64,000 bases of DNA from Podarcis vaucheri (Eukaryota): NCBI GenBank assembly GCA_965113315.1, contig OZ220373.1. One strand, 5' to 3'. The notes beneath the pieces are model-generated. The model was not told the origin of the DNA, did no database searches, and was given only the letters and a program-made list of their open reading frames with translations. Below, in pieces: positions 11,201 to 24,171 of the stretch (position 1 is the stretch's first letter; each line of letters begins with the position of its first letter). The position numbers were made by a program, and so were the translations under genes.

Positions 11201-14200
11201 ATGGTGGTACCACTGTATTTGGCTTAGAACAAGGAGCCCTGGGTTGAGTAGTCTGCTCAACCATGAAGCTCACTGGGTGACCTTGGGCTAGGATCGCTCT
11301 CTAAGCCTAAAAAATGGTAACAATATTGTAGAGAAAATAAAATGAGAGCAGGAGAAACCATATGTGCCTTCATGAAAGTAGCATATAATCTTAAAATGTA
11401 CCCAAGGTCAATGGAGCTGCCATATGGCTTGCAATGCTCCACAGTTCACACTCCATTAGAAACTAACACAAAATGTGTCCTGACAAGAGTTGTCTGACAA
11501 CATACTTATCCCAGGGATTTTCCCCAAGCACCACCTTGCTCCCATTTAATGAATGCAACTTAACCTTGGAATTTTCCCTGCAGTACATACAAAACTGAAA
11601 ATAGAACTTTTCCCCCAGGATAACTTTGAGCTCATCTGAGGCTTAGGATACTTTTGTGCAAGCTATCTCTGAAGGACCTGACCCCCCCCCCCCAAAAAAA
11701 GACAATATACTAGATACTAGGAAACTTTATCCAAATTTGTTTCCTATTTAGTCTTTGTTCCAGTATAAATTAACATGGAGATAACTAAACCAACAAACCC
11801 AAACACCAAATTTTAATAGTGCTGCGCAATGATAATTGTATTTTTATAACAATTATTTGGGATAGTCAAATCATTTTTAATGTCCTTCAGTTAACGCCAA
11901 AGCAGAATGAAACTATAAACAAGTAAAACCAGTATGGAACTGGCCGGAAGGGCAAGTTCAAGTATCTGCTTTCATTACTTTGGCAAGTAAAAGCATTGTT
12001 TCTGCTTTCTTCCCCCGTCAAATTGGAAGCATGGCACCATTTCTTTTAAAAGTAGCTTCTTACAACATCTTCCGTAACTCTAATCTCTGCAATTTTCAAT
12101 GTATTCTGGCAAGAAACAAGGGATATTTTCCTGACGATTATTCAGCTTCACCACACTTGGTACACAACAGCACCATATGGAACTTTACATACCGGTACCT
12201 GTCACAAGTCATTCATTAGCTGTTAAATTTGGAATACAAGATTAACTGGCACCTGCTTAATGTGGGAGATTATCAGCCAAACCTAACTAATACCACAGAG
12301 CTGTAGGCAAATACTCAGACCACAGAAATACAATGGTAAGGAGGGCTCTGTGGAGAAGAGGCATTTCCTCTCTCTTCTCTCTATTCCTTTGACCAGTCAT
12401 GCCTCAGCTTTAGGTATATGCCTGAGGCTGGTTATACTGTAAATATCAGCATTTTGCCTGCATAGCTTTTACTGTTGCCTTTGCATGATTATAGATCTTA
12501 TTCTTACACTTACTTTATAAGTTGTTGTCTGATTCTTTTTTAAGTGGGGTAATAAAGGGAGAACCAGCTTCATGGCTAGACTTGCTCTAAACAAGGTTTT
12601 ACAGCCCAATACCCAAATGCTTCAATTTTGCTGCTAAGGATGGGACTTTTAGAACTCTTCAATCCATACACGTGGGGGCCTGGAGGGATAAACTGCAATT
12701 AATATAACCTTTCCTACCTATTAAAACCCACCTCACGCTTAACACTCTCTCAGTGCAAATGTTTTCCTATGCACAGTCAAACCAGTTGGCTCACTGCCTG
12801 CCTAATCAGGAAGCAGCAATATGCACAAAATCCCAATTCTCCCTTCACAAAGGTAATCTAGAAGACGCACAAGTCACAGGCTTGCAGTTACTACACATTG
12901 CTGTACACATAAATTTATACCATGAGCCTTTGAGCAAAAATACATACAGCCTCTGTCTGAGAAGTGATGGAAAATCCTAGAGAGCACTTACATCAGCAGG
13001 TGTTATCTGAAACCATCTATTCCCCTATTACTCTTTGATTCCGTACGTAGTTAATAGTTTGCTGCAAGATATGTACGAACAGGAGATGTAGGGGATGTGA
13101 AGCAGCGCCTCTTCCATCACAGCATTCCCACACCACAAATTGCCCTCCAATTCCCTGCCAAAGACAACCTTCTCTCAATTCACTAAACTCCCTCAGCACA
13201 CCTGTCTACCTAATGATAAGCTCCTCAGGCATTTTTTAAAAAGCAGGAAATGCTTTCAACACTCCACTCTCACACCATTCTTCATTGGCTCTGTCATACA
13301 CTTCCAAATATCAGCTTTTGGGGGTAGTGAGCACATTTGGAAACCTGAAAAATCCTCAAGGACATTGCAACAACAGGAAGAACATCTCCCTTCAAGAATG
13401 GGGGCGGGACTGGGACTTATTTTGAATTTTAAAGCCTAATTGCAGCAGGGGAAGAGCACTGTAGCCAACAGAAGCCTTTTTTTCAAGCCAAGCTGTAGCA
13501 TAGGTGACATTTTTGGCAGGAGGAGCACAGCTGGTTAAGGCGTTAGCTTATTTTCTTCACACCTCTCTACCCCACAAAAAGCCCCCTTTGCCACAATTAG
13601 GTTTGAAAAAATGCCTACAAAGCTTCTTTCAAGCCTAATTGCAACCAAGCAATTCTGAGAGGGAGTCCACAGAATTACATCTGCCTTACACCTAGTGATG
13701 TGAGGTGAGAATATTCAGAAATCCTATCCCAACCACACCTACATAGCACCACCCATCTCTGACCAAGCTACTGTTTAAAAGGGGAAGGGGGGAAGAGAAA
13801 ATTTTAATTAGGTTTTTTGTCCTACATGCAATCATATTTAGTACAATCAAGAATGCAGTTTTGCAGATTTGATTTGTAATGGCAGAGGTCATCACAGGCA
13901 GAGAGCAGGTTTAATTCCCATCAAAGGCGCACACCTTTTCTATATATTCCCCTTATAGTAATTAATGGCTGCTATTCACTCTTATGGGAAATAGAAAATT
14001 GCTATTTTTACAATGATGGCAAAGTCTGGCCGACTTCCTCTTGACAGTGGAAATATAAAGCCCACTGAGTGCATTGCACCAGACAAGGCTTCCTTCCCCA
14101 CCTACTTTTGTCACAGCAACAGGTGCTTTACTGTAACTACAAATAAATATACCACACGCATATAGAGGTCCTTTCCTCACAATGCTACTTTAGCCTGCAC

Positions 14201-15194
14201 CCAACTCAGATTTAAGGAGCTTGGAGGGAGCAAAGCAGGAAACATCCCTTAAGGAACAAAATGCAAGACTATCCCATGCAGGCTTGAGTCACACCACTTC
14301 ACCAAAGTTAAACTGTTCTGACATACCTTGGCAGCATTCAGAAAATGCAAACTTAAAATTGACCTTATTTCATCCCAAGTATTTAAAGGTTGACATGTTT
14401 TAAAATGAAGAGTTACAGGGAGAAACTAGCCTCTCTCTATCAACAAAGAATATTTGGACAAGTAAGGCTACAACCCTTTAAGCAACCTTACCTGGAAGTA
14501 AGTCCCAGTGAGCTCAGGGGAGCTTGGTACTGAGTAAACACTAAGCTAGGCAGGGCCTTATTTCGACCACAGTAGGAAAGCTGGTATCAAGCTAATGGTT
14601 AAATATGAAGCTTCAACAGGGGCACTTCACCAACCCAATGTATTTTTTAAAACCCATTATTATTATTCAACGACTACACTTGTTTTTGTTGGAAACACAC
14701 CAACATGAGCATAGATATGACCAGCTACCATCAAGATGTAAAATATTTCATGGTTTCAATGCTTTTAGTTTTGTGCAGTTAAAAAAAAATCAAAACCCCC
14801 AGTAATTTGACATCATCAAAAACTAAATTTATCCTTTTTATTCTCTTCCCATTTTCTCCTCCTCCCACTGCTGTTACCTTCTCTCCCCCCCCCCATTTCC
14901 CATCGAGTAAGCTTTTAAGCTCCTGCGGCAGGGACTTTCACTTTACAAAACACCACACATGCTGACAAATTCTCCTCCTTGCACACTTGGTGACTGCCCC
15001 ACCTTCCTCCCCTCAACGCAAAACAGTGGGGAAGGATTGTGAGAGTGAAAGCGCACCACTGACCGAACTTCACAGCAGGTACACTAACCTACAAACAGGA
15101 AAAAGCAATATATTGTTATCCTAAAAAGCAAAAGTCTCGAGGTGTCACCAACACAAGGTTTATTATCATGGTTAGACTTCTGTGGAAGCCACGT

Positions 15195-15320
15195 CCTGCT
15201 GATAACGCCAAGGTCGCGGGTTCAATCCCCAAATGGGCCATGTGCCTACTCTTGCATTGCAGGGGGTTGGACTAGATGACCCTGGGGGGGAGGAACCCTT
15301 CCAATGCTATAGTTCTATGG
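15195..15320 (+). mobile_element. tRNA-Ile-derived SINE with CR1-like tail (Squam2-like), 5' truncated
   Basis: GCTGATAACGCCAAGGTCGCGGGTTCAATCCCC (tRNA-Ile 3' half with B box) followed by TGCATTGCAGGGGGTTGGACTAGATGACC CR1 tail. Confidence 0.7.
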
Positions 15321-15460
15321 TTGTTTTTTATATAAAAAAAACTTCACTTGTGAGGGGCACATACTCTGCAAATAAAGCAGGGACCACCGACCCAACTTCG
15401 CAGCACCTGAAAGAAGCAACTCTTCTAAGAGACCTGAAGATTAATCTGTCATGGGTTTCG

Positions 15461-15609
15461 AGACCCAAGACTGAGAAAAACGCCAGTCTAAGTTTTTGTG
15501 GAATAAATAAGGAGGTCTATTAAAAATAGTAATAACGGAAGATAAGCATTTAAAAAATATTAATAGTGTTATTAAAACTGCACTTTGTCAGGGTGCGTGT
15601 GTGTATGTG

Positions 15610-15652
<43 letters not shown>

Positions 15653-15930
15653 GGTGAGGTGGGCCGGCGTGGGAATGGGGTCATCCAGGGCTATTTACAA
15701 ATATATATATACACACACACATGCACACACTTTGAGTGTCTGCTCCTGACAAAGCGCACTTTTAATAACGCTATTAATACTTTTTCAATCCTTATTTTCC
15801 GTTATTATTATTTTTAATAGACTTATTTATTCCACAAAAGCTTAGACCGGCGTTTGTTTCTCCATCTCGGGTCTTCTATATATATTTGTAAATAGCCCTG
15901 GAGGACCCCATTCCCACGCCGGCCCACCTC
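15461..15930. repeat. Complex inverted duplication A-(TA)n-B-A'-B' including a (TA)n microsatellite (~15616-15648)
   Basis: 15461-15625 is an imperfect reverse complement of 15701-15874; 15656-15708 is the reverse complement of 15878-15930 with one mismatch. Confidence 0.9.
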
Positions 15931-16480
15931 TCCTCCCTCCCTCCTCGTCCCGCGCACCGCCAGCCAGCCAGCCAGCCCCACCCGCGCGCCCGCCCTCCCT
16001 TCCTCTCAGACCAACCGCCTCGCCTGGTCCCCTCAGTCGCCGGCCGACCCACCTCCGGGCTGATGTAGGAGACGAAGGAGGGCTTGGCTGGCCTGGCCCC
16101 CGCGCCGCCCCCCGCGCCCAGCATGTCTGGCCCCCGCGAACTCCCGGCAGCGGCGGCGGCGCAGCAGCCAGGGCTCCGGCCGGTGCCGGCGGGCGAGGGC
16201 GGCGTCGGCAGCTCCTCCCAGGAGGACTCCGCGGCGTCGGCGTCGTCCTCCAGCGCCGCCCTGCTTCGCCTCACGTAGTTAATCCCTCCCATCGCAGCGA
16301 GCGGCAAGAGCCCACAGTCCCGGCGGCGGCGCACGTGAGCCTCTCCCCCCGCCCTATTAATGCACGAGCTCCGCCCAGCCATCCGCGCCGCCATTGGGCC
16401 GGCAGGAGGTCGATCTCAGGAAGAGGTCCCGCCTATTCTCCCCGCCCTTTCTCGCTCGCTTTGCAGGGAATGGTCGTCAC
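15900..16480 (-). promoter_or_regulatory. MTMR12: MTMR12 CpG island and promoter
   Basis: GC/CpG-rich; CCAAT on minus (16393-16397), GC boxes (16371-16376, ~16442-16447), E-box CACGTG (16332-16337), TATA-like ATTAATAG (~16354-16361). Confidence 0.75.
16053..16124 (-). CDS. MTMR12: MTMR12 coding exon 1 (MLGAGGGAGARPAKPSFVSYISPE)
   Basis: Matches human MLGKGVVGGGGGTKAPKPSFVSYVRPE; GAG|GTGGGT donor; 72 nt, phase 0; inside a CpG island. Confidence 0.9.
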
Positions 16481-16819
16481 GTAAAAAAATGGGTGGGGAA
16501 AAGTGTCATGAGACCAATCACAATATTTATTAGATAAATAAAAAAAATCCGAGGGCTGAACGACAGATACATTACCCAATCAGCAAATGACTGACGGAAC
16601 GGCTTAAAAGGAGAGGTGATTTCCTTGTCCCCTCCCCCCCCCACACCGCCTGGAAATCTGAGCTGTGTTAACTGTAGTGCCGCCGCACGCAAATCTAGTT
16701 TATCATAATGCAAATTTAAGTTGCACGGTTTGTAAAGTTGTGTGCGACTATAAAATTTCCAGGAACCCAAAAACAAAATCAGATGCAAAGTGTTTGTTTT
16801 AAATTGCTATGGGAAATGT

Positions 16820-17140
16820 TAGGATCCTTCCGCCTTGGTCAAACCACACTGGAGTGCTGTGACCAGTTCTGGGCGCTACGAATGATGAAGGGTATTGACA
16901 AGCTGGGGCGTGTGCGGAGGAAGGCAGCCAAAATGATCGAGAGTCTGGAAGCCAAGCCTTAGGAGGAATGTTTGAAGGAGCTGGGCATGTTTAGCTTGGA
17001 AAAGAGGAGACTGAGAAGAGATATGATAGCCATCTTCAAATATCTGAAGGGCTGTCACATAGAGGATGGAGCAAACTTTAGTTGAGATTCCTGCATCGCA
17101 GGGGGTTGGACTAGATGACCCTTGTGGTCCCTTGTAACTC
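16820..17140 (+). mobile_element. CR1 LINE 3' fragment (end of ORF2 plus tail)
   Basis: Encodes decayed [34 protein letters not shown] motifs typical of CR1 ORF2 C-terminus; tail GGGGTTGGACTAGATGACC. Confidence 0.85.
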
Positions 17141-20100
17141 TCTCTTTTCAGGCTGGCCAACCAACATCTATGGGAAGCCCACAAACACATTGTGAGTGCA
17201 AAAGCATTCTCGCCACTTGTGAACACCAGCAGGGGAGGTAGAAGAGCCATATGGTGCAATAAGGGTGCAATAAGGATGCAAATCAAAGCAATAAGAACAA
17301 AACCACACACACACAAACACACACAACAACAGCAACTACATTCCTGTTTAATGATATCTATACTGCTCTTCCATACAAGTATTTCCAGGGTTGTTTGCAA
17401 TAACTAATGAACACTTTGCAATAATAAAACTGAGGAAATAATGTCCCGTCCCCACCCCCGCGCGCACACACCCACCCTCGCTGCTGTAAAGTGCCAGTTG
17501 AAAAAATTATGTAAAGCACTCAGAAGGGGGCCTCTTTAAGATTTTAATGCTGTGTGTTGGCAGGTTGATAATTGCAGGTGCTCATTCAACTACTCAGGTT
17601 GTAAGGTTCTTGGGCTGCAACTGCCATCAGCTGGGCTTCCAGCTAGTATGGCCAATAATTATGGAAAGCTGTAGTTCAACAATACCTCAAAGGTCAAAGT
17701 TTCTCCATCCCTAATCTAGGGGGTTAATGGTAAGTAAATCAATTCTGCTTTGAAACGGAAGTCTTCTAGCCCAGGTGAGATGTGTTTGTAACACCTGGAC
17801 CCAATTAATAGCTCAGCAGCTGATTAATTTTGAATTAATTGCCCCAGCTGTTTAGGTTGTTTGAGAGACTTGCAGCTGTTTGGGAGTGGATAGGATGTGT
17901 AAGATGTTTTCACTTTTAATTAGAAATACAAAGACTGAATGTCACCCTGTTGGCAAAGAGCCTTTGTAAAACAAATTATCAATTTATGCAAAAGAACGAA
18001 AGTTTGCTACCACAACCTTCTCTCACTTTCTCTCTCCCTACTTCTCTTTTTCCCCAACCTTATGCTGTCTATAACAATGTCTCTCATTGATGGCCAGATG
18101 ATGGGAATTGTAGTTCAACAACATTTGGGGGAACAAAGGTTTTCCACGCCTGCTTTATATACTTAACTCTAGCAGGGATTTTGTATGCCAGACGTTGGAA
18201 GAGTTAAAAAATAAACCAACCAAGAAAGAGCCAATTAGGAAGTTATGGGAACAGGAAGGAATACTTATAAAGTAAGAACAATCATGGGGAAAAAGAAGAC
18301 ATATAACAGAAGTTTTAAATAATTTGGTCCCTTGAGTGATTTCATGATGCCCAATATATTAAGGGAAAGCTAGGTGTTTCATGTAGTTTATTAAATGGTA
18401 TTATCAAACATGATACTGCCTGTCTCTGCTGGGGTACTGCCTGTCTCTGCTGGCAGTACAAACTGTGTTTCAGGATTTGTTGGGAGGAGACAATTGTGTT
18501 GGATAACAATCTGATCCTAAGTAGCACTAGGAAGAATAACAGAAATCATAAATCTTAAGCTGAGTCACGAGTACCAAGAGCTCAGTCCTGGAATGTGTGC
18601 AGTAATACACAACTGAATGTATGCAAAATGCCTTTCCCTCCAACAGGTAAAGCTTTTGCATCACAGAACATGACCACCTGATAAGACTTGCACCATAGTG
18701 CCTCTTATCAAGCAGTACATAATAGCACTGTAATATTATTATCAGATGTCCAGCCTTTGTTTCCTGAACAGCAGCCATTATGTCTGAAATTGACTTACTG
18801 TATTAAACTGGCAAGTAAGGCAAGTCAAAGTTTTACTCAGGTAGGATTACTTAAAACAGATGAGGTCTGATTAACTGGAGAAATTTCTGCAGCAGTTAAA
18901 AAATGTTTATCACCTTGAAAATCTTGTTCTCATTCTACTGGAAACAGCGTACTTAAAACTTAGGCTACAGTCCTGTACCCTTACCTGGAGGTGAACCCAG
19001 AGTATACCAGAGAACATCTCCTCTAGAATATACAAAGGACAGAATAGTCTCCATTTCGCAGGAAGATGCAGTAGTTAACACCTTGATAGTCCATCACCTA
19101 ACCTCCGAAAGGTTTCAGTCTCCCCACCTGGATCAGAAATAATTTCAATGATCACTGCCCAACTGTCCTCCAAAGTCCCTCAGCTGACCATCTATTCTGC
19201 AACATGAGACCACAAGTTTTTGTAAGCAGATGCAACAGTATAGGTTCTTTGCATTTTCTTGAAGCAACATTTGCCCTCCTCTTGTTTGTTTCGTCTTTTT
19301 CATCATAAACTAGGCTGTTGCAGTCTTGGGTGTGTTCCCTCAGTTGACATTCCCCGCCCCCCCCCCCAATGCCTAAAATGACTTGGTTCATGCTATGGGG
19401 GGTGTGACAGAGTAAAAACAAGCTACATTGGGCTCAGGGGACAGCCAGGTAGGCTGGGTGCTTTCAGCCTCCCCTCCTAAGTATTTGCCTCAGATTCCTA
19501 AAAATGCTCCCATCTGGGGGTAGAGGGAGCCCAAGCAGGAGTGGTGACAACCTACTTAAGTGCCTTTGGCACAACTGGCCTACCCAGTCATGGGAAGGAA
19601 TGCAAGGCCCATTAAGCACAATAGGACTTCCCCCCAAATTGTCATGTAGAAGATTGCACTGTTAATTCTTGCTCGGGTTACCAACGCTGTCTTAAATGAT
19701 GGGCCAATGTTTAGCATACTCTGTTAAAAATAAACAGAACTTTGGCCTAAAATCCAAATGCTGTGCATAAAAACACACTACAACCTGCATGTATTATTAT
19801 AGTGCACGAATGCTGGAAAAAATCATTTAAAGATGTTCTTCCACTGTCACAATGCTGAAGAAGCAGCACACAGGATAATGTGAAGGCTGAAAAGAGAAAT
19901 GTGAAGACATGGAAATATGCGACCACAGATATTTTTATTTTTTTTTGGGGGGGGGAGTAGCAACATGCTATGTGGCCTAAGATAGAAAAATGCCCCATGA
20001 TTAGAAAAGGGGTGCGCTTCTAAAAACATCCCAGTCCCCTTACACTCAGATCACAACCAGCAGCATTTGAAGTCTCTGTGCTACCAAACCTGACTACGTC

Positions 20101-20180
20101 CAGGTACTCTCACAACAATCTGCTAGCCAATATGATGCATCAAATCTTAAATGAGAATAAAATTTAATAATTTAGGTATA

Positions 20181-20395
20181 CAGTAGTACCTTGGGTTATG
20201 AAGTTAATTCGTTCTGGATATCCGTTCTTAACCTGAAACTGTTCTTAACCTGAGGTACCACTTTAGCTAATGGGGCTTCCCGCTGCTGCCGCACGATTTC
20301 TGTTCTCATCCTGAAGCAAAGTTCTTAACCCGAGGTACTATTTCAGGGTTAGTGGAATCTGTAACCCGAAGCGTCTGTGACCCAAGGTACCACTG
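20181..20395. mobile_element. Tigger/pogo-like MITE (family shared with 60591-60816, opposite orientation)
   Basis: TIRs CAGTAGTACCTTGGG / CCCAAGGTACCACTG with TA flanks; interior is the reverse complement of 60591-60816. Confidence 0.85.
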
Positions 20396-20694
20396 TAGTC
20401 ATAATGGCTCAAAAGATTCAGCTTTGATAATTCCCCCTTTGTACAATATATTGCACTTACGTGTCTGTTAATGAATGTTAAGAATTTAGAACAAATACAG
20501 CCTGAAGGCTTTGCAATTATCAAAAATTGAAGAGCGCCAGAACATGGCAGTCTCTGATGAAATCAGGCAACCATTTACAATTTCCTATTTCTCAAGAAAT
20601 TTTAAGAACACTGGGCAACATAAATATCACGTGGGTTCCCACTTACTGCAACCTCCTCTACAGTCTGGTCTGGAGGGTCTCCCTCAACCCTACA

Positions 20695-20930
20695 GAATCG
20701 TATTTTATATGTTGGAAGGGACCTCAAGGGCCATATAGTTCAACCCCTTGCAATGCAGGAATCTCAATGAAAGCATCCATTACAGATGGCCATCCAACCT
20801 CTGCTTAAAAACCTCCACAGAAGGAAAGTCCACCACCTCACAAGGGAGTCTGTTCCACTGTTGAACAGCACCTACTGTCAAAGTTCTTCCTGATGTTTAG
20901 TCAGAATCTCCTTTCTTGTAATTGGTTCGG
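20695..20930 (-). mobile_element. CR1 LINE 3' end fragment
   Basis: GTTGGAAGGGACCTC...CCCCTTGCAATGCAGGAATCTC...GGCCATCCAACCTCTGCTTAAAAACCTCC...TGTTCCACTGTTGAACAGC. Confidence 0.75.
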
Positions 20931-21132
20931 ATGGATGAATCTGTAGCAGATTTAGGGGGGAGGAAGGGAGGAAAGGGAAGCTGCCACTGTGGAAATCTAT
21001 TCCATTGGCGGATGGACACCACTGGTTGCTATGTGCTATGTGCTGAAAACTAGCATAATCCACTCAGAAAGACAAAGCAAAGTGCATGTTCTCAGTGTAT
21101 AATGAACGTTAAGTCATTTAATAGATTTTAGT

Positions 21133-21138
21133 TTTATT
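21133..21138 (-). terminator. ZFR: Probable ZFR polyadenylation signal AATAAA (3' UTR ~21120-22344)
   Basis: TTTATT on plus strand ~1.2 kb past the stop, ending an AT-rich stretch with no recognisable repeats. Confidence 0.55.
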
Positions 21139-22344
21139 TGCAGACTCCACTGTAGTGTTGTAACAAATCACATCTGTGTACCAGAGCATACATCAACAGC
21201 CAGATGTAGACCTGAATTACAGCACTGCTATAATATTTAGTTGTTTGAAGGAGACATAAGCATACACTATGGCCACAAATAATTTTCTGCTATTTTCTTT
21301 TACAACCTTCAAATTTCCAGAAATATTGGTATCTATGTTCAGGTTGTAGACCTAAAATGAAAGTTACTGAATAATTTGGTAAGGAAATAGCAAAAGGAGC
21401 AATCTCACAGGCACTGATATAGCAAACAATTATTTTAATTCAGAGCTACTATACTGATAAGCTCTCTGAAAACAAGTAGCTAGCTCTTTCCCAAAGGGAA
21501 AAATGCCCTCTTAATGTTTTCGGCAAAATTTCAGAAATTTATTTTTTGGCCTTGCTATATCAAAGTCAATCATACAAAGACCTAGGAATGAAACCTAAAT
21601 TGATACTTTTTTAAAGCCCTTCTATTAAAAACAAAGTCATGCAATTTTTAAAATCAATTATGCAGTTGCTAAAATTGCAGCAAATCCAAACTGTGTATGT
21701 TCAGCATTTATACTGCTAATGCATAACTAACAACAAACCTGATTAGAGTAACACAAATCTGTCTTAAGTACACCATTATATCACTAAAGAGACAAATGCC
21801 ATGGATTTGGCAGAAACATTTAATTGAAAGCACTTAAATAGCAGGATAAGTTTGTGTTAACGCTTCACATTTAGGAGAAATAATATTGCAGACCCACTTT
21901 ACAAAAAGTGTTCTTCTATAAAATATTAAGTGAAGGACTGTATTTACCATTTTCTAATACAAAGCAACTTACAGCTTGTGTCAATGGTAACTTAAAATTC
22001 TAAATAAAAGAGCAAAATACACAAAGCAACTGAAGCACAAAACACTGTATTAAATACAGTGGAATTTAAGTATACGTTGTACTACTTAACGTAAAGAAGC
22101 GAAAACAAGAATCATACATTAGAAGTTAGAAACTAAACAATGAGGGGTCCGCTAGAAGTCAGAATAGTTTCCATTTGTGATCTCTTTCTACCATAATTAG
22201 TCTGCACATCCTAAAAAAAATGGTGTGAATGCCACACAAAAAGTAATTTTTCTAACTTTTTTGGATGTATTTAACAGACATTGAGAAAAAAATCAGAGAA
22301 CAAATGGCCTCTGTTAACACCAAACACAGTTTTCTTTTCTTTTT

Positions 22345-22524
22345 TTAAAAGTTATCATAATCTTTCTTGTCTTTCTTCCCCTCAGCTTCAAAGCCATCAA
22401 CTCCATCACTGTCCCTTCTCCTTTTACGATTGTTGTGAATATTGAAGCGCTGGTTCATCTGGGGCAAGGGATCCATTCCTAAAACTTTGTGTATTTGACG
22501 GAATGCAAGGAGTCTCAATGCAAA
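22345..22524 (-). CDS. ZFR: ZFR exon 20 ([22 protein letters not shown]...[10 protein letters not shown])
   Basis: cacag acceptor; 180 nt ending TAA; matches ZFR C-terminus. Confidence 0.97.
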
Positions 22525-23800
22525 CTGTGGAGGAGGAAAAAGGTTATCAGAATTATTCAAACTTCCAAAAATAGATGCATGTTCATTTTAGTAAGACACT
22601 TTCACGACCATACGTATGAGTATTTAAAACTCTTCTATATATACCATACAGCTTTACCAATTTTTTGTTAATGATATAGCTTCTGAAAGTTTATTGAAAA
22701 CAAAATGTTAGTTGTATAGTGAAGCAAAATTGGTCCCTGTGTAGAATATGTTGCAAAATGCTGTATTTCCTCTGCCTTCAGAAGTGAAACTATCTAGAAG
22801 AGTGATGGGAACTTCTGCCTCATGGGCCAAATTTGGCCTATCAAACCATTGCCATCCAGCTTCCCTACAGGTGGCTCACATGTGACACTGGTTGTTGGGC
22901 AGGTAAAAACATGGCTGCATACTGCAGTTGGAAAGGACTGAAGCACAGAGTTCAATCCTGCTTGGTTTGTGTGTGTAAACCAGATCAGGTGTGTTGGTGC
23001 ACCCAAATCCTACAGGAAGCAGGAATGAATTTGTTGTGCATCAGCTGATGCATGGGGAGTTGAATCCTGCTTGATAACTATCTCCCCCCAACCAACCACC
23101 TGTTAATGTTGGTTTGCAGGGTGCGGAGAGATGGATCTGTCCCACTGGCCAAAAAGGTTCGCCAACCCTGGTCTATAACATGGGTTGAGCTTTTTCCATA
23201 TGTCACCCTGAATTGTACCTCCCACTATCCCACTAGCCACTATCAATATTGCTCCTGATTTTTATCATTACTTCAACCAGTTTTTAAAAATAGTGAATTT
23301 GGTATTATTTTTGACATAGCATTTCCTTTTTCTTCACATCCTTTAAGATGAAAAGCAGTAATTTGTAAAATTGGTAAAAGACCCTGGTAACTCTTCCTCC
23401 GCTCCAACAGGGACTAGGGAGGTGGGCTGTGCTGGTTACTGGGCGGGAGTATAATATTTGTTTCTGTTACTGTGCTGCCAGCGTTGTTATAACTGCTATG
23501 GTGGAGGGGCTCACACACACACATAGAGAGAGGCAGAGAGAGAAAGAGAGAGAGAGAAATGTTAATATGATTCCCACTCCCCCTTTTCTATTTCATGATA
23601 TATTTTTGTGTATGTTCTTCAATGTAAGTTGCCTGGAGACCTGTTAAGTGCCTAGTATGTTTAATACAAAATTAAAATTGAAAACTGAATTAAACTACAA
23701 CATATAGGCAGCAAAATCATTTTTCAGATCATGGTTCTTCTTTTTCTTTTTTGGAGTTTGTGTATCACATATTCACTATTTTATGAGAACCTTTCATTAC

Positions 23801-23898
23801 CTGTGCACTTGAAGTAATGTCTTCTCGTTGCTGATCTGTCATTAAAGCAAGTGTATCAAAAGGATCTTTTTCACAGGGATCCAAAAGGCCAGGACCAC
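23801..23898 (-). CDS. ZFR: ZFR exon 19 ([33 protein letters not shown])
   Basis: atag acceptor, GTAATG donor; 98 nt, phase 1 to 0. Confidence 0.95.
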
Positions 23899-24054
23899 CT
23901 ATAAACAAAAAAGTAAACTTTATTTTCTTTTTCTTTTTACTAATTTCATGAAGATAGTATTATTTCATTCTTCCTATACTGTAACAAAAAAATGTGTAAA
24001 GTAGACAAACCAATCAGTTTAACACAGTATTTCAAGTGTGGACTATGACTGCTA

Positions 24055-24171
<117 letters not shown>

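Noticed and set aside
15195-15240. tRNA-Ile-like sequence (also ~41970-42030)
   Set aside because: Incomplete, mutated cloverleaf fused to a CR1-type tail, so a SINE head and not a tRNA gene
18414-18453. Short tandem duplications (also 31038-31067, ~38618-38666)
   Set aside because: Two-copy 15-19 bp slippage repeats; not CRISPR-like and no functional indication
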